This document shows positions 1-12,730 of a stretch of 64,000 bases of DNA, in pieces. Both the position numbers and the translations under genes were made by a program. The notes beneath the pieces were generated by a model. That model had not been told where the DNA came from. It saw nothing but the letters and a program-made list of their open reading frames with translations, and ran no database searches. Origin of the DNA: Octopus bimaculoides (taxonomy: Eukaryota); NCBI RefSeq assembly GCF_001194135.2, contig NC_068982.1, forward strand, positions 60,938,827 to 61,002,826, given 5' to 3'. How positions within the stretch are numbered: the first letter of the stretch is position 1; the number at the start of each line of letters is the position of its first letter.

Positions 1-317
1 CATTATAATTAGATGGCTTTGACTTCACCTAGTCCTTTATCTGACATAATTTTCATAATTCATACAATTGCATACAGATAGCTCAATGGTTCTACAAATC
101 TCATTTAACAAAATCAGTATTCTGCATTTTTTTCTTCTTCTTCTCCCCCACTTTCCTTTCTCCCTATCTCTCTTCTGTTTTTCATTTTTGTTTCTTTGTT
201 CATCAGTTCTTACATTAAGTTAGAACAAAGCAATGCATGTATGATTATCTTATACTTAAATGTACACCCATTCTCTTGAAGGTAGCAGGATGGTTGGCAT
301 AAAAACAACAACAACAG

Positions 318-343
318 TGGTGGTGATGATGATGATGATAATG

Positions 344-375
<32 letters not shown>

Positions 376-401
376 GATGATGATGATGATATTAATAATA
401 A
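318..401 (+). repeat. (GAT)n trinucleotide microsatellite running into an assembly gap
   Basis: Direct: gatgatgat run followed by N's. It explains the poly-M ORF 260..823. Confidence 0.95.
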
Positions 402-3400
402 NNNNNNNNNNNNNNNNNNNNNNNNNNNNNNNNNNNNNNNNNNNNNNNNNNNNNNNNNNNNNNNNNNNNNNNNNNNNNNNNNNNNNNNNNNNNNNNNNNN
501 NNNNNNNNNNNNNNNNNNNNNNNNNNNNNNNNNNNNNNNNNNNNNNNNNNNNNNNNNNNNNNNNNNNNNNNNNNNNNNNNNNNNNNNNNNNNNNNNNNNN
601 NNNNNNNNNNNNNNNNNNNNNNNNNNNNNNNNNNNNNNNNNNNNNNNNNNNNNNNNNNNNNNNNNNNNNNNNNNNNNNNNNNNNNNNNNNNNNNNNNNNN
701 NNNNNNNNNNNNNNNNNNNNNNNNNNNNNNNNNNNNNNNNNNNNNNNNNNNNNNNNNNNNNNNNNNNNNNNNNNNNNNNNNNNNNNNNNNNNNNNNNNNN
801 NNNNNNNNNNNNNNNNNATATAACATGATTTTAGTTTTAAATTGTTGACTACTATTTCTTAGAAAATACCCAGAAAAAAAAAATGAAAAACAATTTACTT
901 TAATAAGAGTTAAGAAAAACTGATTCTGGCTGAATATATTCCGAGCCAGACCAAAGTTAATAAGCAATATGATTAATTGAATGACAAAGCTCAAGTTTAG
1001 GTCACATCTGTTTTTTTTTTCAATGTATCTTTTCTTTTTTCTTATTTTTATTTAACATTACAACATTAAAAATTTAAAAAACTGAATTGATATAACTATC
1101 AACAACCAACCTGAATTTATCAGTTGCACTTTAGCCCTGATCAGTCCTGCATGAGCAAACCAACAATCAAAGGTGTTCCAATCATGACCATCTTGTTTTA
1201 TTCTTCAGATTCATTCTTTATTTTTTAAAGCTGTGACTTGAGGAGGATTTGACTATTATTTTTAGAAAGTTGGTTAGTAATATAATGATTCAGCTGTTGG
1301 ATAGACTTTATAGACAGACCAACTACAAATTTTAAGAACTTCATGATAAGTGAGCAACAAAAATAAAGAATTAAATATGTATACTCTATGCATTTTTCCC
1401 TTATTCTTTAATTTAAAATTTAAACTTCTAATCCTGCCAAATATTATGAAGAAATGATTATCTCCTTTATAGAAACAGTCTGGAAGAGGACACCACATAT
1501 TTTTTGCTTAAATGTTAAATTTACCAAACAGAATTATGAAACTGACTAATGTTCTACCATTTCAACGGTTAACGAGCTAGTAGAATCATTACTGTGACAG
1601 GTAAAATGCTTGGTGGCTTTTTATCCATTTTTACATTCTGAATTGAAATTCCACTGAGATCAGTTTAAACTGGTAATAGGTACAGGATCATCACTTCAAG
1701 TTATCTAACAAAATATCATTGGAAACTTTAAAAGATATTTATTTATAAAACATTTTAACAGTTTACTAAAATTTTTGAATTTTATGTGATCCTGTTATCT
1801 TACCATGATATATATGCAATATATGACAGTATAAATGTAAAATCTTAACTAAAAACGAAATACATTTTTATATATCAGGAACTCTTACTTGCAATTGTCA
1901 CACTTTTAATTAACATTCTCTCTCTCTCTCACATATACACACACATAACTGTAATATGTATGCATACTTTTCAATAATGAGCCTGCTTATGCACAAATGC
2001 ACACTCAAAGCTTACTCTCATGCTTACATTTAGTGTTAGTCTCCCCATACACAATTGGTTCTAGTGTCTCATACACACACATAAAGTATTCAAAACATAC
2101 ATACATATACATGTGTTCATTATTCGCATACACACACACACACACATGCACAATCATTCATGTCACTGTCACAGTACACAAATGTCTACAAATGCAGTTA
2201 GTTATTTTGCCTCTTACTTCTGACAAGTCTATTTGTTTTAAACATGATACAGCTCCAGCTTTATCTTCAACCTAAAGAAAAGAAACAAATTATAACCAGA
2301 ACACTTTTTATTTTAATTATTTATTTTCGTCTTTGGTGTATCAAAGCATTCACAATTGCCACTCTCTTAGAAGTTTAGTTCTGCCAAGAGACAGTCAGGC
2401 GAGAAGAATTGTGGAAAACCACACCCTGAAACTAGTATCTTGTTTATGAGTATTATTTGTGGAGAGAGTGAGTGCCACACCCAGCAATAACTGCTATCAA
2501 ACTGTCACTTAGAATTTGCAACATTAGGAATACCACAGAAATTATTTAAGTTTAAGGTTTCATTTCTGTACCAGAATTCAACAGACTTTTATGACAGCTA
2601 TTAACAGATATGCTTCAGTAATACAGGTAAACTAGAAAACTGTGCATCTACGTAGGTGCATGTATATGTATAAGTATTTGTATATGTGTGCATGAGAAAG
2701 AGAGAAAAATGAGAGTGGTGTATATATGTATGTATGTGTGTGTGCATGAATGTGTTAACTAGGGCATTGATTGAATTCTGTTGTTTCTACTATTGTTTAA
2801 ATACACATTCACAGGCTTTAAAGGGAGAGAATTAGCAGGAATAGAAGGTCTTGATTATTTGTATAACATATCAAGACCAAGAAACAGTTAGTTGCTTAAG
2901 GTTTTCATGTAGGTTTTTTCTAAAGAAATCTTTGAAATATAGTCTATATAAACAGATATACGTTATGTAAACAGACATTGTAAATTTGTTATCATTCCTA
3001 TTTCTTTTTCTCCACCTTCTCTTAATGCTTTTGCTTTTTTTTTTTTGATAAAGTGTGCAACTTGAATTTCATTTCATTTGGCAAATTTATTTTCATTGGA
3101 CACACTTTTACTATTTTATCATATTTTTCTATACTTTCTCCTTCATATGTTCTTCTTGTAAAACTTCATAAACTGCTTGTTTCCTCCTTACTTTCTAATC
3201 TTCTGCATTTTATTTAGGTGTGTGTATGTGTGCATACCCATTTTCCCAATGCTGAGAAGCCCATTCAAACAACCCTTGTATGTATCGAATGGTTATGGTA
3301 CTTTGTCTTCTGACACATGCACAGCAGCAGAGAACATCATCATTGCTTATGTCATATCTTTCGAACATTCTTTTAATGGTGAGATGCAGTGAATTAGCAA

Positions 3401-4238
3401 AAATGTTAGCAATATGTCTTCTAGTATTTCTTCCAGCTTTTTGCATTCTGTATTCAAATTTCACAATGCGTTCTGAATTCACTCACTTTTGTCATTTAGG
3501 GTTGACAAATACAGTTCCTGTCATGGGTTGTGGACAGGCAGAATCATTTCAGTGTTGGATCGGATACCCTGTGCTATTTATGCCAGTTCTTTGTATTTCA
3601 AGCTGAAATCCCACTGTGCACTATCATCTTTTATGTCAGGGATTAGAATCCCACTATGTACACACCCATAATTAACTATGGATACCAGCAGATTTTTCAT
3701 CCTACTGGGAGCAGATAATACATCATATTATTGACATTGGTGGTGATGATGGCATAGCAGCAGTGATAGTGGAAATATTAGCAGCAAGGGTGCAGTCATC
3801 TGTGGCAACAGTGAAGTAGTCGTCATCACTATCATCATCATCCTATGTGTATGATTGTGTGTCACTCTCGTCATCGTTTTAACGTCCACTTTTCTATGCT
3901 TGCATGGGTCAGACAGACAGGGTCTGTTCTTGGGCCTTATTTATCCCCTTCTCATTTATACTTAGCTTAATTTATACATTGTGTGCAAGAGAAGTAACAT
4001 TAGTTTAAAATAACCATCTGTGTATCATATGTATTGTAAATACACTGAGAAAAAAGAAATTTACTGCAGAATTCGTTTGGAGTATATATTGCATTTAAAA
4101 ACACATCAGAAGCAGATGAAAATCAACTAGCAGTGGTTGGTGAGAATGCTAGATGCACATTTCTGCCTTGTTAGTCTTTGTCAGTAGCATTTACTTACAG
4201 TCAGTTACAATGAAACAACTAGGGGCTATGTAGAACAG

Positions 4239-5240
4239 GAGGTTATCAACCAATGGATGGTGCCTTATGACCCATTTCTCCTTCACCAATTTGACTGCCA
4301 CATCAATGTTGAAATATAGCATCAAATACATTACAAAATATGTTACTAAAGGAGGTGACCAGAGTTGCTGATAAGAATTATACTATCAACAAGACAAGAC
4401 AGTTTTAAACCAAACTTCATGCTGGAAGATCTGAAGTTGTATAGAGAATCTTAGAGCAATTAATCTCAGAGTATTTCCCTCTACTGAAAAGATTTACTAT
4501 CCATCTTGAAAACAGCCCTTTAAGCTCTTCAGAGAGGGCCACTAGCAATAATTCTAACAACATTTTTTGACCACTCAAAAGTTCTACAATAAAATGAAGT
4601 ACTAGAATACTACACTTGGGATACAAGTACCAAAGTGTGGAACAGATGAAAGCAGGAAAAACTGACTGAATTCAAAAACTACTTTGTGTTCAGAATACCT
4701 GCAATTGATCATATCTTCACTATTAATCCTCAGCAAGGCAATATTTACTATGTTTGCCTCATCTTAAGTGAGGTTTGTCCTTCTGTGGTCTACCTCCTAT
4801 GCCTATTTGAGAACAGTGAGCAGACAAATGTTATCCTTCCATGAGGTATATCTAGTAAGAGGTCTTTTGGAAGATGACCAGCCCTTCTTCCATATTATGG
4901 AAGAGACAAACATTATCCAATAAGCTTCAAACTTGAGGAACTTCCTGGCATTGATTATTTTTTGTGACCCAGCTAGACCATATAATCTATGCGAATAGTC
5001 TTAGGATATCTGCTCTCAGAAGATTGCCTGATGCAGCATTGTAGGTTTATGTTTCACCACAACTGTAAAAAAGTACAAGGACAGAACTTGAAAGCAATCA
5101 GTTTATATCTCTCAATCCTGTGCTTCTCTCATGAACAATTATATGTTGCAGCTTCCAGAAATGAGTAATTATTTATCATGGATCCAAATAACCAAACAAG
5201 TAACGCGGTCTGCCAAGAGGTTTTATTGTATCAATGCATT
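4239..5240 (+). mobile_element. Degenerate, internally deleted Helitron RepHel fragment
   Basis: Manual translation across stops and frameshifts gives EVINQWMVPYDPFLLHQFDCHINVE..SIKYITKYVTKGGDQ (from 4239), TIHLENS, EYYTWDTSTKVWNR*KQ, AIDHIFTINPQQGNIYYVCLIL, LRTVSRQMLSFHEVYLVRGLLEDDQ (from 4807), then TTVKKVQGQNLKAISLYLSILCFSHEQLYVAASR. These match, in order, remembered Helitron Rep motifs (VVPYNP, HINVE, SIKYxxKYVxKG, HLENGQ, YYTW, GLLEDD) and the Pif1 helicase C-terminus (TINKSQGQ, FSHGQLYVAxSR). Confidence 0.85.
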
Positions 5241-6096
5241 TCCACAAGACATAAACCAGGGAGTCGAGTTAGTAAGAAGGTGGAGAGAGGGGTGCAATTA
5301 ATAAAATTATCAGATTTAATTTATTAATAAAACACATTTATTTAACATGGTTTGATTTTACTCTTAATTAGTCATAACTGAAAATCAAGTTATTGCTTGG
5401 GCATTTGATTGGGTACCCATGCTAGTTCCATGTATCTGCTAATATTCTCTTTGTTAAAAATCTAAGCATGCATTTTCTGTTCATTCCCGAATTAACCAAG
5501 AATAAATTCATTTAGATGTATGTGATAGAGACAGAGAAAGAGACAAAGACACAAAGAGTTTCATAACTTTACATTTATGGTTTTGTAGTCAGTTACTATT
5601 TTGCATTCATGTGAATATTTTTTATTGCAAAAGCAACACAAAAAAATAAACAATTCAAGAATGTAAAAAAGAAAGAAACAATTCGTTGCCATTAACTTGA
5701 AGATCAGTATCTAATAATTTATCACTTTTAGATTACTAAGTAATTTCGTTAATTGATTATCAATTTTCCTTTGAATAAAATTACTGCATTCTTAATGCTT
5801 CATTGCATCAATGTGACAAGGAAATAATAATGTTCAACTTATTTATTCAATAAAGAAACAAAGCATTTGACTCTCACCAATATTTCAGTAGGACTTTAAA
5901 ATTCAGAAGTCAATACAGGTTTACAGCTGTCCTGTATTGCAAGGCAAACTGGAACAACATGGCAGATAAAGCTTCCTATTAATACAACATTGACTATCTG
6001 CTTTTGATTTAAGAGTTTTGTTACCTCAAAGATTATATATAATATACGACCATGGAGGTAACATCATTTTTATAATCATTATTATCACTGTCATCA

Positions 6097-6316
6097 AAGC
6101 AAGAAGCTGGCAGAATCATTAGCACACCAGACAAAATGCTTAACATCATTTCACCTATCTTTGTGTTCTGAGTTCAAATTCTGCTGAGGCCAACTTTGCT
6201 GTTTGTCTTTTCAGGTTCAATAAAAGAAGTACCAGTTGAATACGGGGGTCAATATAATCAACTAGCTCCCTCCCCACAAATTTTCAGGCCTTGTGTCTAT
6301 AGTAGAAATAATTATT
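6097..6316 (+). mobile_element. SINE family C copy (tail variant 1)
   Basis: agctggcagaatcattag (A-box-like), gagttcaaattctg (B-box-like), central ctttgc..tttcag..caataaaagaagtaccag, 3' end ggccttgtgtctatagtagaaa. Many paralogues in the window. Confidence 0.85.
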
Positions 6317-6390
6317 ATAATTGTAATTGCCATCACTATAGCCACCCTTAATATCACTAATAGAGTTTTTTCTCTCATGAAACTTCATTA

Positions 6391-6595
6391 AAGCAGAATC
6401 ATTAGCATGCCAGACAAAACACTTAGTGGCATTTCATTTGTTTGTACATTCTGAGTTCAAATTCCATTGAGGTCAACTTTGCCTTTCATCCTTTTGAGGT
6501 CAATAAAATGAGTACTAGTTGAACACTGGGGTCGATATAATCAGCCTGCACCCTCTCCCAAATTTGCTGGACTTGAGCCAAAATTTGAAACCATT
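6391..6595 (+). mobile_element. SINE family C copy (tail variant 2), head-to-tail with previous copy
   Basis: gcagaatcattagcatgccagacaaaacacttag..gagttcaaattcc..gtcaactttgcctttcatcc..ttgctggacttgagccaaaatttgaaacc. Confidence 0.85.
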
Positions 6596-7000
6596 ACAAA
6601 ACTTCATTAGGTCTTGTTTAAACTTCCTTGTATCAATTCTGTTTGTTTCTGCTTGATCAACTCTCAGCAAATTATTTTGTTTCTCTCTTATGCTATTATT
6701 TCTAGCTTGTTAACTCTTCATCCTGAGTAGATGTACTTTGTAAACAAACAATCATTGCTAATAAGTGTGTACAAGCCCTGTAGCAAGATGTTTGAGTTTA
6801 TATCATAGAATAATTTGAGACAGTGCACGGGTGATAACCTTTTTTAATCTGTCACTATTTCTTACATATTTAAAAGATGGAGAAATATATAAGGTGGTGA
6901 ATGTAAGGAAAGATGGCACAACAGCTGATAGAAGGTAATCGAAGTTTTAAATAATATAAGGTTTTAAATTCATGTTATATTTCTATTTAAATTGTTACTA

Positions 7001-7205
7001 ATATAGGCACAAGGCCTGAAATTTAGTGGCGGGAGCTAGCTGATTACATCAATCCATGCTCAACTGGTACTTATTTTATCTATTCCAAAAGAATGAAAGA
7101 GAAAGTCAACCTTAGTGGCTTTTGAATTCAGAACTTAAAAAGTCAGAAGAACCACTGCTAAGCATTTTGACCAATGTAATAACAATTCTACTTGCACACT
7201 ACCTT
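7001..7205 (-). mobile_element. SINE family C copy (tail variant 1), degenerate
   Basis: Reverse complement of family C: taggcacaaggcctgaaattt..actggtacttattttatc..gaaagtcaacc..gaattcagaac. Confidence 0.75.
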
Positions 7206-7991
7206 TATATCTCTAAATAAATAAAATCTAGTAAATTACAAATATAGTAGTAAGCCTTAATATACTGCCCTACTTAAAATTTTCTCTAATACTTGGATGT
7301 CTTTTGCTGAGTACACTCCATTACAAATATTCAAATTAAAACTTTGCTTTCATTTTGACTGCATCTTTCTGCAGACAGTAACTTGGACATTGGCTGCAAC
7401 AGTCAGAGAAGGCACTGTTTCTATCATAAAAAAGAAATGAAGGTAGACCTGAAGAAATTTACGCTAAAATGCATTTTGTAAACTCCAAAACTATTGCTGT
7501 TGTGTAGTTTCAAGTTAACTCAGATTTTGCAGGCTTATGATCTAAGGTATTCCAACCATGACTATCTCATCTTTTTAGATTATATGTATCTAAGACTATA
7601 TTATTCAATCAATCTATCCTTCCTTTATTTTTATGTCAGGTGTGATTTGAGCCAAATTTGACTGCTACCTCTAGCAGGTTGAATGACTCCAGTGCATGAT
7701 CCTACATTAGATAAATTTCAATGGCACTTTAAATAGCTTTGTAAGTGTTATTAACCATACACATTAATATGGAACTAATTAATGAAATCTTTAATATGAG
7801 CTGTGTGTTTGACTAAGAAGTCTTTGTACCACATGTCACCAAAGTTTTGTTTCAGTTTGACAATTATATTTCAGATAAGTAGTTGTTAAGAGTTGATTGA
7901 AGACATTAAACAGAAATCTGGAGATAACTTTCAAAACAATATGGTTGGGATACTAATCCATATATTATTATACATTATTACTTTATGCATA

Positions 7992-8375
7992 TTGTTGTTG
8001 TTGTTGTTGGCACTCCATCGCTTACGACGTCGAGGGTTCCAGTTGATCCGATCAACAGAACAGCCTGCTCGTGAAATTAACGTCCAAGTGGCTGAGCACT
8101 CCACAGACACGTGTACCCTTAACGTAGTTCTCGGGGATATTCAGCGTGACAAGGCTGACCCTTTGAATTACAGGCACAACAGAATCAGGAAGTAAGAGTG
8201 AAAGAAAGTTGTGGTGGAAGAGTACAGCAGGGTTCGCCACCATCCCCTGCCGGAGCCTCGTGGAGCTTTAGGTGTTTTCACTCAATAAACACTCACAACG
8301 CCCAGTCTGGGAATCGAAACCGCGATCCTATGACCGCAAGTCCGCTGCCCTAACCACTGGACCATTGCGCTTCCA
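7992..8375 (-). mobile_element. Full-length tRNA-derived SINE (family A) with (CAA)n tail and 11-bp TSD
   Basis: Minus strand starts gtggaagcgcaaTGGTCCAGTGGttagggcagcggacttgcggtcataggatcgcGGTTTCGATTCCC (A and B boxes) and ends in caacaacaac. Flanked by the direct repeat ctttatgcata at 7981-7991 and 8376-8386. CpGs are retained, so the copy is young. Confidence 0.93.
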
Positions 8376-8417
8376 CTTTATGCATAATATATTTTCTAGT
8401 CTAACAAGATTTAGATA

Positions 8418-8631
8418 GTGATTTCAAATTTTGGCACAAAGCCAGGAATTACGAGGAAGGAGTTAAGTTGATTAGATTGACCCCAATGCTTAACTGGTAT
8501 TTATTTCATCGACCCCAAAAGGAAGGCAAAGTCGACCTTGGCAGAATTTGAACTCAGAACATAAAGACGGATGTAATGTCACTAAGCACTTTGTCCTGCA
8601 TTTTTGTCAATTCTGCCAGCTCACTGCTTTT
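8418..8631 (-). mobile_element. SINE family C copy (tail variant 2) with 16-bp TSD
   Basis: Family C sequence flanked by the perfect direct repeat taacaagatttagata at 8402-8417 and 8632-8647. Confidence 0.92.
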
Positions 8632-8951
8632 TAACAAGATTTAGATAACAAAAGATGTACGTCATTTATCATTTCAGTTGGACTGCAATGCTAACAAGGC
8701 ACCTTTTGCATTCTGACTGGGATGTCTTAAGAAGTTTCATGTTCTACACACATTTATTTCATAGATATCTAATTGTTAGACATAGTTGGTGGGTGCCTGT
8801 GTGTAATGTGAAACTTGAAAATGACCAGCGATTTCTCAAGACAAAACATAAATAATGTAAAAGTAATCTCCTGAGTCAAAACATTAACAACAGAAAAATC
8901 GTTTGACGAGTTAAAACGTAAACAATGTATGAGATCAAATATCTTCATTTT

Positions 8952-9108
8952 CATTTCATCACCATCATCGTCATAACCATCATCGTCATAACCATCATCA
9001 CCATCACCATCATTGTCATCATCATCATCATCACTATCATCACCATCATCGTCATCGTATTTGTCATCATTATCACCACCATCGTCATCAGCATCATCAT
9101 CATCATCA
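8952..9108 (+). repeat. Imperfect (CAT)n microsatellite
   Basis: Direct. It explains the poly-D and poly-I ORFs 8769..9158 and 8925..9194. Confidence 0.95.
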
Positions 9109-9419
9109 CTGGGCAGCAAAAATGTCTTGGAAGACATGCAACAAGAGAGGAAATTCAATCTGATATAAGAATGTGTTTCTTACTAAAAATCTGACAAAGA
9201 AAGACTATTGAAATTTGGCCATTCTGTAGAGATTCTGATAAAAGAATCTAAGATTCTAGTATGCTTGTTACATTTACCATACTTTAGCTTCTCAACACCT
9301 CACATGAAGCCACCGACTCCTCTCAGATACTTCTCCAGCTTCACCAAGGGTTTGTTTTTTTTCCCCTCTCCTTGTTCTGTCTGGTGACCTCACTAATGTC
9401 AGTGACCTGAAAAATACAC

Positions 9420-9635
9420 CCAGGACTACTCACTGTAAAATGGTTGTTAGAAAGGGCATCCAGCTGTAGAAATCATGCCGAAGCTGACACTGGAGGTCAA
9501 TGCAGTCCAGCAACTCAGGAGAACCTGTCAAACTGTCCAACCCATGCCAGTATGGAAAATGAGCATTAAATCATGATGATTATGATAGTGGTGGTGACGG
9601 TGATGGTGATGGTGATGATGATGATGATGATTGTT
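9420..9635 (+). mobile_element. Orphan RTE-LINE-type 3' tail ending in (GAT)n
   Basis: ggttgttagaaagggcatccagctgtagaaa..caaactgtccaacccatgccagtatggaaaatgagcattaaatcatgatgat. Same tail as the coding RTE copy at 55630-56530. Confidence 0.8.
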
Positions 9636-9735
9636 GTGGATAACCCTTGAGCATGTTGGCCATGGAGTAGCAATTGGTAATTAGAGGTGCTGATGACCCA
9701 TGAAACAATATAAATACAGTATAATTTTTGGTTAC

Positions 9736-9911
9736 TGTTATGTCTCAAGCTACTGCTATCTAGCACCTTCGAATGATCTCTACTCAACCGCTACACGACG
9801 GCTACTCAACGGCTATTCAACAATCACTGAACTCCTCTACCATGGCTAGACTACCTCTATTTATATGTCTTGGGCAATCCTACTTCTTCGTTTGGGGGCG
9901 TCGACACAACA
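9736..9911 (-). mobile_element. 176-bp solo-LTR-like element with TGTT...AACA termini and 5-bp TSD
   Basis: Starts tgttatgtc and ends gacacaaca (9-bp imperfect inverted termini). gttac flanks both sides (9731-9735, 9912-9916). TATAAATAG on the minus strand at 9865-9857. CpG-rich relative to flanks. Confidence 0.75.
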
Positions 9912-10613
9912 GTTACCTAGGATCTTGTGTGCACTGATGATTATTTTCTTTTTCTTCAATACCAGATTAAGAAAGTTATTCCTTTCTAAGATCCAATAGT
10001 TTTCATTGTTAATCCATCTTAGATATTCTTCTCAATTTTTGTAGAATTCTAGAAGTGTAATGTTGTCAAATATTATCTCACCTTATATTTTGTCATATGT
10101 ACAGTGTTGTAATGAGCTGCGATGACTCCTTGTTATCAATGTATGGTCAAATGATGAGAGAGTGTTGTATTTGTATGACCAATGTAGCAGTTTGATTCAC
10201 AAAGATAACAACTTATATGTTTGCAATGGAATTTATATATCACATTAGAAGTTGAAATACATTGTTCTGTAATTTGTTGAAAATTTTTTGGATAGGAAAG
10301 CCTTTTTTTTCTGTCGAGGGCTTATATACCCCTTTATAGACCATTTTCCTTAGTCATTGCACGGTGAACGCCATAAGTTTTAAGCTTACATAAAAATACC
10401 ATTATTATTATCTCTACAGGTCTGATATTTTAATAATATATTCTAACAGTGGGTATTTGGTGAGGCATTGTTCACAACCAGTGAACAAGATGAGGGAAAT
10501 ATGAACTGTCACATGTACATGCATAGCACACAGACACACAGACACACACACTCACACACACACTCACACACACACATACATATATTTGTGTGTGTGAAAC
10601 ATATTTCAAATGT

Positions 10614-11033
10614 ATACTCTTTACTCTCTCTTTTTACTCTTTTACTTGTTTCAGTCATTTGACTGCGGCCATGCTGGAGCACCGCCTTTAGTCGAGAAAA
10701 TCGACCCCAAGACTTATTCTTTGTAAGCCTAGTACTTATTCTATCGGTCTTTTTTGCCGAACCACTAAGTTACGGGGACGTAAACACACTAGCTTCAGTT
10801 GTCAAGCGAAGCTGGGGGGACAAACACAGACACACAAACATATACACATACATATATATACATATATACGACAGGCTTCTTTCAGTTTCCGTCTACCAAA
10901 TCCACTCACAAGGCTTTGGTCAGCCTGAGGCTATAGTAGAAGACACTTGCCCAAGGTGCCACGCAGTGGGAATGAACCCGGAACCATGTGGTTGGTAAGC
11001 AAGCTACTTACCACACAGCCACTCCTGCGCCTA
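10614..11033 (-). mobile_element. Full-length tRNA/CORE-like SINE (family B) with internal microsatellite
   Basis: Minus strand taggcgcaggagTGGCTGTGTGGtaag (A-box), GGGTTCATTCCC (B-box), ccttgggcaagtgtctt (resembles the CORE domain, from memory), internal (TA/TG)n, tail gaaacaagtaaaagagtaaa. Confidence 0.92.
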
Positions 11034-11044
11034 TGTATTTCTAT

Positions 11045-11225
11045 ATATTTCTTTGTTTTTTTTTTGTTTTGTATTTTGAAGCTCTGATGAAGTTATAGAG
11101 TAATACTCAAGCAGTCAACTATGAGTGCATTGCATCTCATAGCAGAAACAGCTGTACGCTAATAAAGTTCATGGCATAATTTCTGATTCTCCTTATCACT
11201 TATTTAATTTCTTGTATATATAACA
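11045..11225 (+). mobile_element. Hammerhead-like motif in a putative Penelope-type terminal repeat fragment
   Basis: CTGATGA 11084-11090, GAAA 11145-11148, palindromic ACAGCTGT 11148-11155, GUA triplet, then AATAAA. A second copy of the 5' part lies at about 15735-15845 on the minus strand. Confidence 0.55.
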
Positions 11226-11288
11226 AGATATTTGGCTTAATTCAAAAATTCTGGTACCATGCACTGCTTCTCAGCATAACATGAAATA

Positions 11289-11354
<66 letters not shown>

Positions 11355-11724
11355 CACACACATAGGCATAGGCATGGCGGCATGATAAGAAGTTTGCTTC
11401 CCACTCAAATGGTTCTGGGTTCAGTCTCACTTTGTGTGCATACAAGTATATGTGTATATCTTTCACCAGTGTATATTTGAAAACAGTCCCTTGTGATATT
11501 TGTTCAGCAACAAGTTACACAAACACTCTTTGAACCATTCCCATCAGAATGCAGTGAACCAATGATTTGCGTGTTGCTGGAAATCTGAAACCACCAACAC
11601 TATTGTTTGCCATCTGTGGTACAAACAATAAATAATTAGATAAATAAAATTAACAGATAAATTAATAAATAACTAATAGGAAGTTTTATATCTATAAGCA
11701 AGATGGTTACAAGGGTATTACTAA

Positions 11725-12000
11725 ATACTGTCTCTTGCTCTCTCTCTCTTTTTTTCTCTCTCTCTCTCTCTTCTTCCCTCTCTCTCTTTTTCTCTCTTTC
11801 TCTTTTTCTCTCCCCCTCTCCCTCTCTCTCTCCTCTCTCTCTCTCACACACATAATACTCTTTCATTCTCACATTATTACTTCCTCTGTTACGATTATGC
11901 TATTGCTCAGGTTTTCTCTTCCCTTCACTTTCTTGTTTTTCTTACTCTATATTCAGCTTTCTCATTCCAACTTCCATCTGGATTATTTCTGTCAACCATT

Positions 12001-12075
<75 letters not shown>

Positions 12076-12227
12076 TTATCAAATATCTCATTTCTCTCTC
12101 TCTCTCTCAAACACACACAACACTCTTCTCTTTCTTTCTACCCTGCTCAACCTTTCTTTCCTATTTCTGTATTTACACTCACTTTCCTTTCTGATCTCCC
12201 CTCACTTTAAACTCTCTNNNNNNNNNN

Positions 12228-12263
<36 letters not shown>

Positions 12264-12730
12264 CTTTTTTCCAACTTTTGTTTTTCTTAATCCCGTCTTT
12301 ACTTTCTCTCCCTTTCTCTCTCACTTTATATTCCCCTCCCTCTATCACATATTCTCTCTCTCTCTCTAATCTTTGTTTCCTATATTCTCTCATCTCTCAC
12401 TCATTAATTCTCTCACCTTACACTCCCTCTCTCCCTCCCTCCTTTCTCCCATAATTTTTTTCTCTTTTTCCTTAAATCTTCAGTTCCACCTCTCATCTTC
12501 CATCCTCACTTTAATTTCATCCCCCCCACTCTCTCTCTCTCTCACTCTCATTCCATTCTTTCTGATGTGAACATTATTAATTGCTATCTCCAATCTGTTG
12601 ATTTTTATTTCCTTATTATCTTTTCCTACATATATTTTTTTTTTATTCTTATTCTTTCTCTTATTTTGATATAACCATCTTTTCCTCATTTTCTTCATTT
12701 TTCTTCTTTTTACCCCTTCATTCCCTGTCG
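11725..12730 (+). repeat. About 1-kb pyrimidine-rich tract with (CT)n cores
   Basis: Direct. It explains the SL/RE-repeat ORFs. Confidence 0.9.

Noticed and set aside
5245-5275. Helitron 3' hairpin and CTRR terminus
   Set aside because: Only a degenerate gttagta is present, with no clear stem, so the terminus was not called.
8310-8375. tRNA-like sequence
   Set aside because: It is the head of SINE A, continuous with the body, tail and TSD, and lacks a 3' acceptor stem. It is not a tRNA gene.
9690-9715. CTGATGA-CCCAT-GAAA-CAAT
   Set aside because: No helix II closing pair, no helix III/UH and no helix I.
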